Shown here piece after piece: positions 17,977-27,467 of a DNA stretch of 52,689 bases. The stretch is from a virus. Taxonomy: Duplodnaviria > Caudoviricetes. The notes under the pieces were generated by a model. It saw nothing but the letters and a program-made list of their open reading frames with translations, searched no databases and was not told the DNA's origin. Within the stretch, counting starts at the first letter, position 1. The number at the start of each line of letters is the position of its first letter. The DNA lies in the IMG/VR virus record IMGVR_UViG_3300025322_000532, positions 1-52,689 of that record, one strand, 5' to 3'. Both the position numbers and the translations under genes were made by a program.

Positions 17977-18191
17977 GCTTTTGCTACCGTTCCCTCAATC
18001 AAACGATTGCGCCGGGAAGAGAGCAGGGGTCCCCAGCCCGCGGCCGCCACTTCTTGATAGGCATCGAAATAGATTCGATCCGTGAGCCATTCATCGAAAG
18101 TACCAGTATTGCCGGATCTAGGTTCCAGTGTTCCAAAATAGACCCGATCTGCGATCCATTCATCAAAAGTCCCGGTATCCTGAGCGGCCAC
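17973..18191 (-). CDS. Small protein with internal duplication TGTFDEW..DR.YF x2
   Basis: 72 aa, coupled on both sides (TAGTG and ATGA overlaps). Confidence 0.65.
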   Translation of the reverse strand: MAAQDTGTFDEWIADRVYFGTLEPRSGNTGTFDEWLTDRIYFDAYQEVAAAGWGPLLSSRRNRLIEGTVAKA

Positions 18192-19573
18192 TAATCCACT
18201 TCCATATCGTCAAAATAAGTCCCGAACGAACCCGCAGCGGCTGTGTTCAGACTGCGGAGAATCATGACAACATACGGAGGATCGGCAGCTGGCGTAAGGG
18301 TCGTCGTAAGCTGATTCCATGCACCTGCGGCGCCGGCGTCAGTGACGGTTACGTCAGCTTGTCCCGGTTGACGAATTATCATCTGAGGATTAGTTCCAGT
18401 GTAATCGGCTTCCCGCCGCGCATAGACACTGAAAACCGTGCTGACATTCGTGATAGGGATAAAGATCTGATGATCTCCCGCGTCGGCCAGCTTGATAGAC
18501 GCGGCACCCGTGCGAACCGTTCCTGTGTCGCGCTCGCCTTCTCGAAGCTGGATAGCGCCCCAGGACTTCTTTGCGCTTGTCGCTGGACGGGTGATACCAA
18601 AGAAGTCGTCCGAGGCTTCGGAGCCGCCCGCCAGTCTTCGGATAGGCGACCATTCGGACGGCGCAAATGGTATGAAGGGAAGCACTAGATCATCTTGTAG
18701 GATCGGAGGATTAAACAACGGAGGATAGGCAACGCTGCCTGCGCCCGTGTTCACATTCTCACGATCCGATATGTTTCGCCAAAAGGTGTTGAAATCCTCA
18801 TCGAACTCTGTAGTCACGGTCGCTCTGCAGGCTCGGTTGCACGCGACGAAAATGCAATTCCTGACCGTTGTAAGCTGTCCGGCATCAAGGGCAACACCGA
18901 CGTAAACGCCTCCGGTCTGTGTTTGGGTGATGAAGCAGTTCTTGACCGTGATGCCGCCAATTCGGTTAGTGTTTATCGCCCGCGCGTTTCCGATGATGAC
19001 GCAGTTCTCAATGAGATGCCCTGTGTTATTGACAACCACAGAATGATTGAAGGTCAATCCTATTGAATTGGACGCATGCGCACCGTAGAATAGACAGCGC
19101 CGAAATGTCACGGCGGCTTGACCGGCCCCATCTATGTCGGCGATACGGCTGGCGCCGCCCTCCCCAACGCAATCTTCCACGATGATATTTGTCGGGCCGC
19201 CAGTGAAGGAAAAGGGGCCAGTAGTGAACGTATCCAGGAAGAAACCGCGAAGGGTCCGGTAATCCCTACCCACGCCCGAAATCGCATTTGCGCGCGTCGC
19301 GGTTTGATCATTGTCACTTCCGGTGATGCGAACGATGCCGCCAACGCCGTCTGTATTCTGGCCTGTCACGTCGGCTATGTATGTGATGATGTTACCGACA
19401 CTACCATCCACATCCAGCACTAATCCCTCACGATAAACGCCTGGACCCACATATACCGTATCGCCAGCCGCGACCGGGACATCTTCCGCTCCGTTGAGCG
19501 TGAGCTTGCGGTTGGCCCAGCTGAGGCCGTTGTTTGCGTCGTTTCCTCCGGGACCAACGTAATAGATCGTCAT
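18191..19573 (-). CDS. Right-handed beta-helix (pectin-lyase-like) protein, putative virion spike or depolymerase (460 aa)
   Basis: YYVGPGGNDANNGLSW, AGDTVYVGPGVYRE, recurring IENCVI/VKNCFI/VRNCIF stacks. Confidence 0.75.
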   Translation of the reverse strand: MTIYYVGPGGNDANNGLSWANRKLTLNGAEDVPVAAGDTVYVGPGVYREGLVLDVDGSVGNIITYIADVTGQNTDGVGGIVRITGSDNDQTATRANAISGVGRDYRTLRGFFLDTFTTGPFSFTGGPTNIIVEDCVGEGGASRIADIDGAGQAAVTFRRCLFYGAHASNSIGLTFNHSVVVNNTGHLIENCVIIGNARAINTNRIGGITVKNCFITQTQTGGVYVGVALDAGQLTTVRNCIFVACNRACRATVTTEFDEDFNTFWRNISDRENVNTGAGSVAYPPLFNPPILQDDLVLPFIPFAPSEWSPIRRLAGGSEASDDFFGITRPATSAKKSWGAIQLREGERDTGTVRTGAASIKLADAGDHQIFIPITNVSTVFSVYARREADYTGTNPQMIIRQPGQADVTVTDAGAAGAWNQLTTTLTPAADPPYVVMILRSLNTAAAGSFGTYFDDMEVD

Positions 19574-19827
19574 GCGTCAGGGTCCACGTCAATGCCTTGT
19601 TGGATTCGCAGCTCGGTTAGGATGATCTGCTCCATGTACTCCCGTAACCTTCTCAAAGGCACGTTCGCTAGGATATTGGGAAAAACAACTGTCCGTGAAT
19701 GCTCGCCCTTGGTGCCGTCGTCGCGTGTCCACCGAACGATAAGATCAACCGACCATCTGGGGACGGGCGCAGTCGTCCCCAGGTTGGTCCAGTTTCTGAT
19801 GTGAACCTCGTCAAGGTTGCGTGTCAT
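19570..19827 (-). CDS. Hypothetical protein (85 aa)
   Basis: ATG 19827 in a TGATG overlap; stop in an ATGA overlap. Confidence 0.6.
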   Translation of the reverse strand: MTRNLDEVHIRNWTNLGTTAPVPRWSVDLIVRWTRDDGTKGEHSRTVVFPNILANVPLRRLREYMEQIILTELRIQQGIDVDPDA

Positions 19828-20963
19828 CAGTTTGGATATTTGATCCACCACTCGCCAGCAGGCGAAATGTCGGCCTCTACCGTATCCGAAGCGTTGTTCC
19901 GCCTCTGATAGTAGCCCGTTGGGACGTGCTCCAGGACAAATGGAATGCAATCCAAGCCAACCTCAGAGCATCCGGAGACGATTTGCCCATAGCGATTTCG
20001 ATAGCCGTTGAAATCGACGTAGCCGTCGCCGTCGGGATCATCGAAACCGCCAATGCTTCCAGCCAAGATGTGCATGGTCATCCTGGAGTTGTTCAGCGCG
20101 CACTGGTAGTCCGGACAATAGAACTGGAGTTTGAACGGGTCCAGAGGATCGACGGGACCCCAAACGTCTTCGCCCCGTATTGCCAGGTCAGTGAATCCTC
20201 CGACTGTGGCTCCGTACCAGGTGGCAATTTTCGGCTTCGGAGGACCGGAATTGTGCAACCTACGATTGTTGCCACAGGTGGAGGGGTCGCTGGGTAACGG
20301 CACATGCACGTCATCCACGAACAGACACCCGAAGTCGTGCCAGCCTCCACCGCGGAGAATGCCACAGTTATCGGGATCGCTCTCGCGACAAATCAGCAGT
20401 TCCATCCAGTAGCTGTGATAGCGCACGGTTGCGCCCAAGCTACCCATGATGGCATGGTACTGCACTCGATAGGCTTTCACGCAAATCGCGGCATATTGGG
20501 CGAAGCAGGACTCATCGACATTCACAAGCCATCCATAACCCTCATGCTTATTGGCATTCTCATTGGGTGTCTGCCACGGATAGGAGACTCCTCCGCCCGC
20601 CCACCCATAGAACTGAACGCCAAAGATGTCATCGACGGAATGGGGGTCTTCCTTGTGTTCGTGGCCGAACGCCTCAGTAAGCGGATGCCATTCTCGATCA
20701 TTATGCTCACTCGGCTCTAGTGTGTCGGTTGGGAACGGCGTATCAGTCACGGTAGGTTCCGGCGTATCTGTAGGAGGAATAGGAGTGTCGGTAGCAACCG
20801 GCTCCGTAGCAGTCGATGCCAGCTCCGGCACATTGAAGACGTACTGCCCCGCCTCCAGATCATATTCCCCCGGAGGGAGCGCAGGCCCTTGAGCGAGCGT
20901 CCGACCAGCGAATAGAGCGGCCAACAAAACTATAACAGCTACAGCGATTTGTCTCTTGTTCAT
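19827..20963 (-). CDS. Secreted protein with Pro/Thr-rich linker and His/Cys-rich domain (378 aa)
   Basis: Signal peptide MNKRQIAVAVIVLLAALFAGRTLA, linker TDTPIPPTDTPEPTVTDTP, FGHEH and NKHEGY motifs. Confidence 0.75.
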   Translation of the reverse strand: MNKRQIAVAVIVLLAALFAGRTLAQGPALPPGEYDLEAGQYVFNVPELASTATEPVATDTPIPPTDTPEPTVTDTPFPTDTLEPSEHNDREWHPLTEAFGHEHKEDPHSVDDIFGVQFYGWAGGGVSYPWQTPNENANKHEGYGWLVNVDESCFAQYAAICVKAYRVQYHAIMGSLGATVRYHSYWMELLICRESDPDNCGILRGGGWHDFGCLFVDDVHVPLPSDPSTCGNNRRLHNSGPPKPKIATWYGATVGGFTDLAIRGEDVWGPVDPLDPFKLQFYCPDYQCALNNSRMTMHILAGSIGGFDDPDGDGYVDFNGYRNRYGQIVSGCSEVGLDCIPFVLEHVPTGYYQRRNNASDTVEADISPAGEWWIKYPN

Positions 20964-23224
20964 TTCCGGATCTCCAATCGCTCAATCAGCTGATCTTCGC
21001 CCCGAATGACATCGTAGTCAATCATCTCGCCGGAAGCTAAGTGTTTGCGGATGAGCGTCGCCCGGCCGTTCGCGTCCCGTTTGAGGATCTCCTGCTTGAC
21101 CACGACCGCGCTGAGGCGGGCTTGCTCGGCTTTGGCCTCGGCTTGGGCGGTCAGTTCGGCCACGGATTTCTGGGCCTTTTGCGTCTTCTCGATCTGGCGG
21201 AGCGCTTTATCGAGACCCGAGACCGCCAGCCCAATCGCCTGCCTCCGTTCGTCGTTCTCCTGTTCGAAGGACAGCATCGCTTGATCCAGCCGCTCGTTGA
21301 TCTGGCGAGTCTGGGTTTCCAAGCCCTCGCTCATATTGGCGGCCGTGACGCTGAGATCTTCCCGCATCGACTGGCCGGCCTGGATCAGAGTCTTTTCGGC
21401 ATCGCCCGCGATCTGGCGCATAGAGCGATCTAACCGGTTGTCGATCAGCTGATCTAATCCTTCGGTCCTGGCTTTTCGAATCTCGGAACCCATGTTCTCA
21501 AGGACGGAGGACCTCATTTGAGTCTCTAGTCGCTTCAGGCCCTCACCGAACATATGCTGGAGGGAGTCAACAGCTTCTTGCAACGTCTGATCGGTCTTGG
21601 CCGCGATCTCTTGAACCGAATCGGCCAAGGCTTCATCAACGGTTCCTTGCAGGCCGGTGGACTGGAGTTCCTGGACGATCCGAATCAGGCCATCCAGCTT
21701 CGCATCCAGGCTTACTTCTTTGGCCGCTTGATCAAGCAGCATCATCACGTCAGGATTGCGCTGTTTGAACTGCGGGTTCTGGCTCAGAATTCGAGTGAAA
21801 TTCGTAAAGGTAGACCGAAGCATCTTGTCCTCAGCGGGGAGTTCCGTTTCTGGTGCAACTATGATAGCACCGACTTCGGAATCGTCGCTCGGTTTCTCAC
21901 CGCCTTCGACCGTCTCCTCGGGCGTGACATCCCCTTCGCCGATCGCTACCAGATATTCGGGCTTCAGATCCCCGTCGTCGGCCGCGATCTGGCGGGCGAT
22001 CACGGGCGAGATCTCCCTGCTCTCAATCATAGTCTTGCGGGTTTCGGCGCGGGTCTTCTTGACGGTCGCCTCTTCCTGCTCGGCCTGGATGTCCTGTTCT
22101 TTGAACCGGAACGTCACCGTGCGGGGCATGACCCCGTGGAAGTTGAAGGCTTGCTCCAGCATCCGCATGAACGCGGCGGGACCCTTGCCGCGAGCTTTCA
22201 AATGCAGGACTTCGGACTGCTGGCCGGTCCCGATGTTGCCGGCCGGGAGCGGCGCGAAGTCCTGATAGTCCCGCCCAAATCCGAGGGCGAGGCTTGAGAT
22301 GTACCACTTGAGCTCCTGGTCGAAATCAAAGCCCTCGGGGAGCGATTTCAGTTCGAGCTTGGCGACCGAGACCTGAGTACCGGGATCCAAGGATCCAACG
22401 ATCAGCGGGCCGAGATAGCGGACTAAGCCCTGGTTATCAGCCTGGGCTTCCATGCGGGCTTGAACGTCTTTGATGTCCTGCGACTTCACGCCGCCCAAAG
22501 CATAGATCGCCTCAGCGAACCGGCCGCCAGCCTTCTCGCCGCGGTAGATCTCCATGTCACGCAGGATCTGGGCCGAGCGCAGGACTCGAGTCACCGCCGA
22601 ATATTGCACGCCGTACATGGACGTGATCGGGGCCGGGAATTCCGCCAGCGCGATGACCGAATGCCAGGGCATCTTGTGGCGAGATCCCTTAATGTCGGTG
22701 TAGATGACCGGGAACTCCAGATCGCCGGTGCGCTGGCAGCGGGCCGAGTCCAGATGGGCGATCCCGAGGATGGGCGCGGCCGGGGAATTGGCTTCTCGGA
22801 CGATTTCGATGAAGGCCCCGTTATCCTGAGTGTAGAGATCGAGCGAGACCTTGACCGAGAACTCTCGCCAGCCCCGGCCGAAGTCGGCTTGGTTGAGCAG
22901 CTCGTGAACGACCTCGACCGTGCGGTCCGGGCCGTCGAGTTCCCATTCGAGCGAGGCATTGGAAGTTGCGCAGGTGAAGACCGCGCCGGCCAAGAACGAT
23001 TCGGTCGGCCAGAACTCGCGGAGTTCCATGTCACGTTTGACGACGTTCTTGCCCCAAGCCTCGAAGGTATCGGCAATCGAGGCCATCCACAGCACGAACG
23101 CATTACCCCCTCCCGGCCCGGCCTCAAGCGAAACCGGAGGCTGCTGAACAGATCGAGTCAGCGTCCGCTGCGGGGGCGGAGGAGCCGGGGCGTTGATCGC
23201 TTTGGTCTGAGTGCCGTTAGCCAT
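20960..23224 (-). CDS. Portal protein with long C-terminal coiled-coil extension (754 aa)
   Basis: Downstream of TerL. DLYTQDNGAFIEIVR, HLDSARCQRTG, YGVQYSAV, VTFRFKEQD are portal-like; residues ~470-720 are helical/heptad-like. Confidence 0.8.
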   Translation of the reverse strand: MANGTQTKAINAPAPPPPQRTLTRSVQQPPVSLEAGPGGGNAFVLWMASIADTFEAWGKNVVKRDMELREFWPTESFLAGAVFTCATSNASLEWELDGPDRTVEVVHELLNQADFGRGWREFSVKVSLDLYTQDNGAFIEIVREANSPAAPILGIAHLDSARCQRTGDLEFPVIYTDIKGSRHKMPWHSVIALAEFPAPITSMYGVQYSAVTRVLRSAQILRDMEIYRGEKAGGRFAEAIYALGGVKSQDIKDVQARMEAQADNQGLVRYLGPLIVGSLDPGTQVSVAKLELKSLPEGFDFDQELKWYISSLALGFGRDYQDFAPLPAGNIGTGQQSEVLHLKARGKGPAAFMRMLEQAFNFHGVMPRTVTFRFKEQDIQAEQEEATVKKTRAETRKTMIESREISPVIARQIAADDGDLKPEYLVAIGEGDVTPEETVEGGEKPSDDSEVGAIIVAPETELPAEDKMLRSTFTNFTRILSQNPQFKQRNPDVMMLLDQAAKEVSLDAKLDGLIRIVQELQSTGLQGTVDEALADSVQEIAAKTDQTLQEAVDSLQHMFGEGLKRLETQMRSSVLENMGSEIRKARTEGLDQLIDNRLDRSMRQIAGDAEKTLIQAGQSMREDLSVTAANMSEGLETQTRQINERLDQAMLSFEQENDERRQAIGLAVSGLDKALRQIEKTQKAQKSVAELTAQAEAKAEQARLSAVVVKQEILKRDANGRATLIRKHLASGEMIDYDVIRGEDQLIERLEIRK

Positions 23225-23460
23225 CAGAGACTGCTCGGCGGTGGCGGATCAGGAAGTACATCAGGGCCAACAATCCGTCTATCTTCTGTGAACGTGACTT
23301 CTTCCAACCAAGCCCCAAATTCAGAGATTCGAACGCGATAAACATATTGGGATTTGCCGATTACGATTGTTAAGAGATCACCGTCTTCTGGCGGGTCGCC
23401 CGCCTCAAGATTCCAGCCAGCTCTGAGATGAACTCGAATCGCTAGATTTGGATCAGCCAA
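23224..23460 (-). CDS. Hypothetical protein
   Basis: 78-aa ORF coupled to the portal start by TGATG. Confidence 0.5.
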   Translation of the reverse strand: MADPNLAIRVHLRAGWNLEAGDPPEDGDLLTIVIGKSQYVYRVRISEFGAWLEEVTFTEDRRIVGPDVLPDPPPPSSL

Positions 23461-23923
23461 TGGAATACTTTCGCACGATGTCCCAGCCGAAGCCGGTGCG
23501 CTTGCCTTCCGAAGTCAGCTCAACCACGGCTTTGCCCCACCGCTTCGCGATCCAGCGATGGATGAACGTGGGAGCGTGCCAGATCGCGGCCGCGGCTCGA
23601 GATTTGTCAGGCGGCACCGTGTAGATTGTCTTCCCTGGCGTGCAGTCGAACGCGTGCTTGTATCGGTCTCCGACTTTCACCAGCTGGCCCTGGATGCCGT
23701 GGCACAGAGCGCATTCTACAGCACGATAGGTCGTTTGGGCGGCGACGAGCTCGAGGACGGTCCCGCATGTGGCCGGAGTTTCGGGCGTGATCGGATGCGG
23801 CGGCCAGCAGAACGGGCAGAGGATTTGCGCGGTGTCTTTATCTCGTGAGATACGGGGCGGGACCCGGCGGGTGCCTTTGTTCGATCCGAGTCGCTGCCGG
23901 GAAGATCTCGAAGACCTCGCCAT
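23453..23923 (-). CDS. Hypothetical Cys/His-rich (Zn-binding) protein
   Basis: CPFC..H...CG and CALCH...H..DC motifs. ATG 23923 is preceded by TTGCGT-18-TACGAT (possible leaderless promoter). Confidence 0.6.
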   Translation of the reverse strand: MARSSRSSRQRLGSNKGTRRVPPRISRDKDTAQILCPFCWPPHPITPETPATCGTVLELVAAQTTYRAVECALCHGIQGQLVKVGDRYKHAFDCTPGKTIYTVPPDKSRAAAAIWHAPTFIHRWIAKRWGKAVVELTSEGKRTGFGWDIVRKYSIG

Positions 23924-24056
23924 GCGGGTATCGTACAACGAAGCGGGTTGCCCACGCAAGAAGTTGATCTATAATCAGGTTGCTCTCCAAGCGAAAGATC
24001 TTCCGGAGAGTGTTCCCTCCACAAGCGTCCTGGCCGACCCCGCCGGGGCGCTGCTC

Positions 24057-25571
24057 TTACAAGTTCAGCCGAAGACTCTCAAAGCTAGCCATGCTTAAAC
24101 ATACACAGAGATCCACCTTCATCGAATCCTCGCGCTTGACGATCCGCAATCGCCGGCCGTCCTCATCCAGCTTCTTGTCCGCGTTGTCGATGTGCTCGCG
24201 CAGATCGGAGTTCCCATCATGCCAGATCCGCTTTTCCAAGATCAGGTCGAGCAGCTGCCGATCAGCCTGCAGCCGGCGCCCGGCCTGGCTGAAGTCGAAC
24301 GCCCAGACAATGTTCTCTTCAGACAACCCGCTCATCATGTCGTGGAGCTGGTGAATGTCGTAGGCCAGCATGACGACTTGAAACTCACGGCACAGGCGGC
24401 GGATCTCCTCCCGAGGCTCGTTGAAATCGATCTTCTGACCGGGCGCGGCCTGCCATTTGCGGACGTACCGGACGAACAGTTCGTGCTGCCGGTACTTCGG
24501 GTCCGGATGCCGGGTCACGCCGACCAGCCCAAAGCAGTCGGAGTATCCGGTCTGGCGCCCCACCGCCGCGTCCGCCGCCAACACCATCGGCTCGTTCTTG
24601 GTCAGAGGCGGGATCGAGGCTTTCAGCGCGTCCCACCAGACCATTGACGGCAGGAACCGATCCGTGCCCTCCATCTCGATCTCTTCATCGGCTTCGAGCA
24701 GCAGCGCGGCCTCGGCATCGGTCAGGGTCTGGGCCCGCTTCTGTAAGAATTCGGGCGTCAGGTTATGCAGATTGCCGCGGGTCGGGAGCTTGAGCTTCAG
24801 CCGGTCCCGTTTGTATTCCAGCCGATCGTCGCGGGCAAGCCCCTCCTTGTCCTCAGGGATCGGACCCGTGTAGTGCCACATCCAAGAACCCTTCGGGAGC
24901 GGGGTGGTGGTGAACCAGACCTGCGGCTGGTCGCCTAGCGGTCCTGGAATCCGCACCCGGCCGTCGATGACTTTCAGCGCGGCGTCGGTCTTATAGCGGC
25001 GGATCTCATCGAAGTGCCAGAAGTTGATGTTCGGGCCTTCCCATGCCATGACATCGTTCTCGGTCATGCCGCCCAGGTACCAGACTGCCCCGGTCTCCCA
25101 CACCAGCATGAACGGCTTGGACGGCTGCCAATGCCGAGAGGCCATGCGGCGGTGCGGCTGGATGATGAAATCCCACGGAATCCAACGGCGCATCTCGGCC
25201 CACAAGGATCGCTGGAAGTGCGGCAGGTCGGGAGAAGTCATGATGCCAGAACATCCGCGCTTGGCGCGTTCTAGGTCTCGCATGATTCCCGAAACTGATT
25301 TTCCTCCGCCCTCTCCCCCAAGTGCCCAGAGGTTCTTCTTGTCGTGGTTTTTCACCCACGCCAGCTCCTCTGGGGAGTGAGGCTCGTATCGCTTGCCGGT
25401 TTCGGAGTTGCGGTATTCGGTGAGATCCGGCCAGCCGGGGATCGGGGTGTAGGGCCGGTCGTGGTCCTCGTCAGGAAGCAGGCCGAGCAGGATTTGGGAG
25501 GCCAGCGATCTCCGCAAATCGTGTGACGATTCGGTTGAGGAGCCGGTTCTTGTCTTCTCTCGAAAGACCAT
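24057..25571 (-). CDS. terL: Terminase large subunit
   Basis: Walker A GGEGGGKS, Walker B FWHFDE, TTTP motif III, RNase-H-like LAADAA...YDIHQ...KVDLCV. Confidence 0.9.
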   Translation of the reverse strand: MVFREKTRTGSSTESSHDLRRSLASQILLGLLPDEDHDRPYTPIPGWPDLTEYRNSETGKRYEPHSPEELAWVKNHDKKNLWALGGEGGGKSVSGIMRDLERAKRGCSGIMTSPDLPHFQRSLWAEMRRWIPWDFIIQPHRRMASRHWQPSKPFMLVWETGAVWYLGGMTENDVMAWEGPNINFWHFDEIRRYKTDAALKVIDGRVRIPGPLGDQPQVWFTTTPLPKGSWMWHYTGPIPEDKEGLARDDRLEYKRDRLKLKLPTRGNLHNLTPEFLQKRAQTLTDAEAALLLEADEEIEMEGTDRFLPSMVWWDALKASIPPLTKNEPMVLAADAAVGRQTGYSDCFGLVGVTRHPDPKYRQHELFVRYVRKWQAAPGQKIDFNEPREEIRRLCREFQVVMLAYDIHQLHDMMSGLSEENIVWAFDFSQAGRRLQADRQLLDLILEKRIWHDGNSDLREHIDNADKKLDEDGRRLRIVKREDSMKVDLCVCLSMASFESLRLNL

Positions 25572-26151
25572 CGAATTCTAGGATCTCCTGGCGATTGGCT
25601 TGGGTGATCTGATTGTAAAGCAGGACCGCGTCCTCGAAGACGATCTGCTCCCGCATCTTTTCCCGGCGCTTGATCTCGGTGTCCACCAGCCGGCGCTTGG
25701 TTTCCTCGGCGTTGCCAATCCGCTCGATCGTCGCCGCGACCGTCGCGGCCTGGCCGAGTAGAGTTCCGATCCGCTGTCGATGGTCGGCGACCGCCTCCTG
25801 ATCGCCGCGGCCAGTCGCGTTCCAGAACTCCCGCCACTCGGCCCGGATGCGGCCAACGAGGCGGGTCGGGGCTTCGCCTTGTTCGAGTGAATCGTACGCG
25901 TCCCGGACAATCGCTTCTTGCCCGGCGATGGACTCGGAGAGATTGAGCAGCTCCGAGTCGTTGAGCGCCTCCCGGAAAGCCGGGGCCAGGAACTTGGGCA
26001 TGTACTTGGAGCGGGAACCGTCCTTAAAGTTGGGATGGGCCGCGCCTTTGAGCGATGCCCCTCCGTGGTGATAACACACTTGGGCGCCCGACATGGCTGG
26101 GCGCTGGCATCGGTTTCCGGTTCTTTTGGACTTCGCTTTACATTGCGGCAT
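25471..26151 (-). CDS. Terminase small subunit-like protein with HGGxSTG-type Zn motif
   Basis: CKAKSKRTGNRC...CYHHGGAS...NFKDG.RSKY; immediately upstream of TerL. Confidence 0.7.
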   Translation of the reverse strand: MPQCKAKSKRTGNRCQRPAMSGAQVCYHHGGASLKGAAHPNFKDGSRSKYMPKFLAPAFREALNDSELLNLSESIAGQEAIVRDAYDSLEQGEAPTRLVGRIRAEWREFWNATGRGDQEAVADHRQRIGTLLGQAATVAATIERIGNAEETKRRLVDTEIKRREKMREQIVFEDAVLLYNQITQANRQEILEFDGLSREDKNRLLNRIVTRFAEIAGLPNPARPAS

Positions 26152-26162
26152 GACAAGAGGAA

Positions 26163-27467
26163 CTAGGCTGACACGAGCTTCGGTTTGAGGCCCATCTGAC
26201 TCAGGCGTTCGAGGGTGACGGCGACATAGGCTGGATTGATTTCAATGCCGCGGCCTTTGCGGCCAAGCTGTTCACAGGCGACAAATGTAGTACCGGAACC
26301 CAGGAAATTGTCGTATACGATGTCGCCCTGATCCGTGTGATTCCAGATCGCGTTGGCGGGAAGTTCGACTGGCTTCATGGTCGAATGCTCCGGGCTGGCC
26401 CGCGGTTTATCGACCGGCCAGACCGAGGCATGGAACGCTCCCGCCTTGCGTCGCTTGTGGGTCTTCTTCCAACCGAACAAGATCGGTTCATGCTGATAAT
26501 CGTAGTCAAGACGGCCGAGCGAAAACGTCGGCGCATTCTTAATCCAAATGAGGACATGGCGAACCGGAAGCCCAGCCTCCATCATCATCATCATCATCAT
26601 CAGGCCGAGCGAGCCACCCTGCGGGGCACAAACGAAGTAAGCGCAGTCGTCGGCCATGACAAGTTCACGGGTGATCTGATAGGCCAAAAGTAGCAGATCA
26701 TGGAGATCTTTTTCATTGAGGGTATCGCCTTCAATGTCCTCTAAACGCCGTCCAGCCTTCTGGACGGCGTTTAGCATGCGATTCTTCTGGCCCACCCCAA
26801 CGCCATAAGGCGGATCACTGAAAATGCAGGTGGCTTTCAAGCCTTCCATGAGTTGCCCAACTATGGCCCGATCCGTGCAATCCCCACAGATCAACCGATG
26901 ATCGCCAATCTGCCAAAGCTGGCCGAGTTCGGTGCCCCATTTCTTTTGAAGCTCTGTGGCGCGGTCAATCTCGGGTTCGGGCGGTTCAGGCCCAAGCAGC
27001 TCTGGCCGATACAGCCGGATCAGCTGGTCTACATCATCCCGGTCGTAGCCAGTTCCATCCAAGTTCCCATTCGAGAGCGAGATCAGCGCATCGACCAGCC
27101 GCGGTTCATCCCAGCCCCCGAGTTCGACCATCCGGTTGTCGGCGATGGTGTAGGCTTTGCCGGCCTGGGCGCCGAGCCGGATACCCATCACGACCGGGGC
27201 CAGCCATTCGCCGTCCTTGACCCGCACACCCTCAGGCGGCGGTTTGCCGTCCGCCTTCAACATCTTGAGCTCATCAAGCCGCCCATGTCCCGCAAGCAGA
27301 CGCCCGTTGCTTTCGTTCAGAACCATAGGCGCGACGTAGCCGAAGCGGTCCATCGACTGCATGAGCGCACCTAAGTCGTGAAGCTTGGCGTTGTCAGGAT
27401 CGGGTTTGATCTTCGAGAGCGGCAGGTACTCGATCCGTAGCTCCCGTTGCTTCTTGGCTTTGGGCAA
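26163..27467 (-). CDS. ParB-N domain fused to N6/N4 DNA methyltransferase
   Basis: PDPDNAKLH...LAGHGR...ADNR (ParB/Srx-like); FSDPPY, HSTMKP, DNFLGSGTT (beta-class MTase). Confidence 0.9.
   Translation of the reverse strand: MPKAKKQRELRIEYLPLSKIKPDPDNAKLHDLGALMQSMDRFGYVAPMVLNESNGRLLAGHGRLDELKMLKADGKPPPEGVRVKDGEWLAPVVMGIRLGAQAGKAYTIADNRMVELGGWDEPRLVDALISLSNGNLDGTGYDRDDVDQLIRLYRPELLGPEPPEPEIDRATELQKKWGTELGQLWQIGDHRLICGDCTDRAIVGQLMEGLKATCIFSDPPYGVGVGQKNRMLNAVQKAGRRLEDIEGDTLNEKDLHDLLLLAYQITRELVMADDCAYFVCAPQGGSLGLMMMMMMMEAGLPVRHVLIWIKNAPTFSLGRLDYDYQHEPILFGWKKTHKRRKAGAFHASVWPVDKPRASPEHSTMKPVELPANAIWNHTDQGDIVYDNFLGSGTTFVACEQLGRKGRGIEINPAYVAVTLERLSQMGLKPKLVSA

Noticed and set aside
26163-27467. ParB domain as evidence of a plasmid-prophage partition system
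   Set aside because: It is the ParB-N/MTase fusion commonly found beside terminase genes; no ParA was seen.
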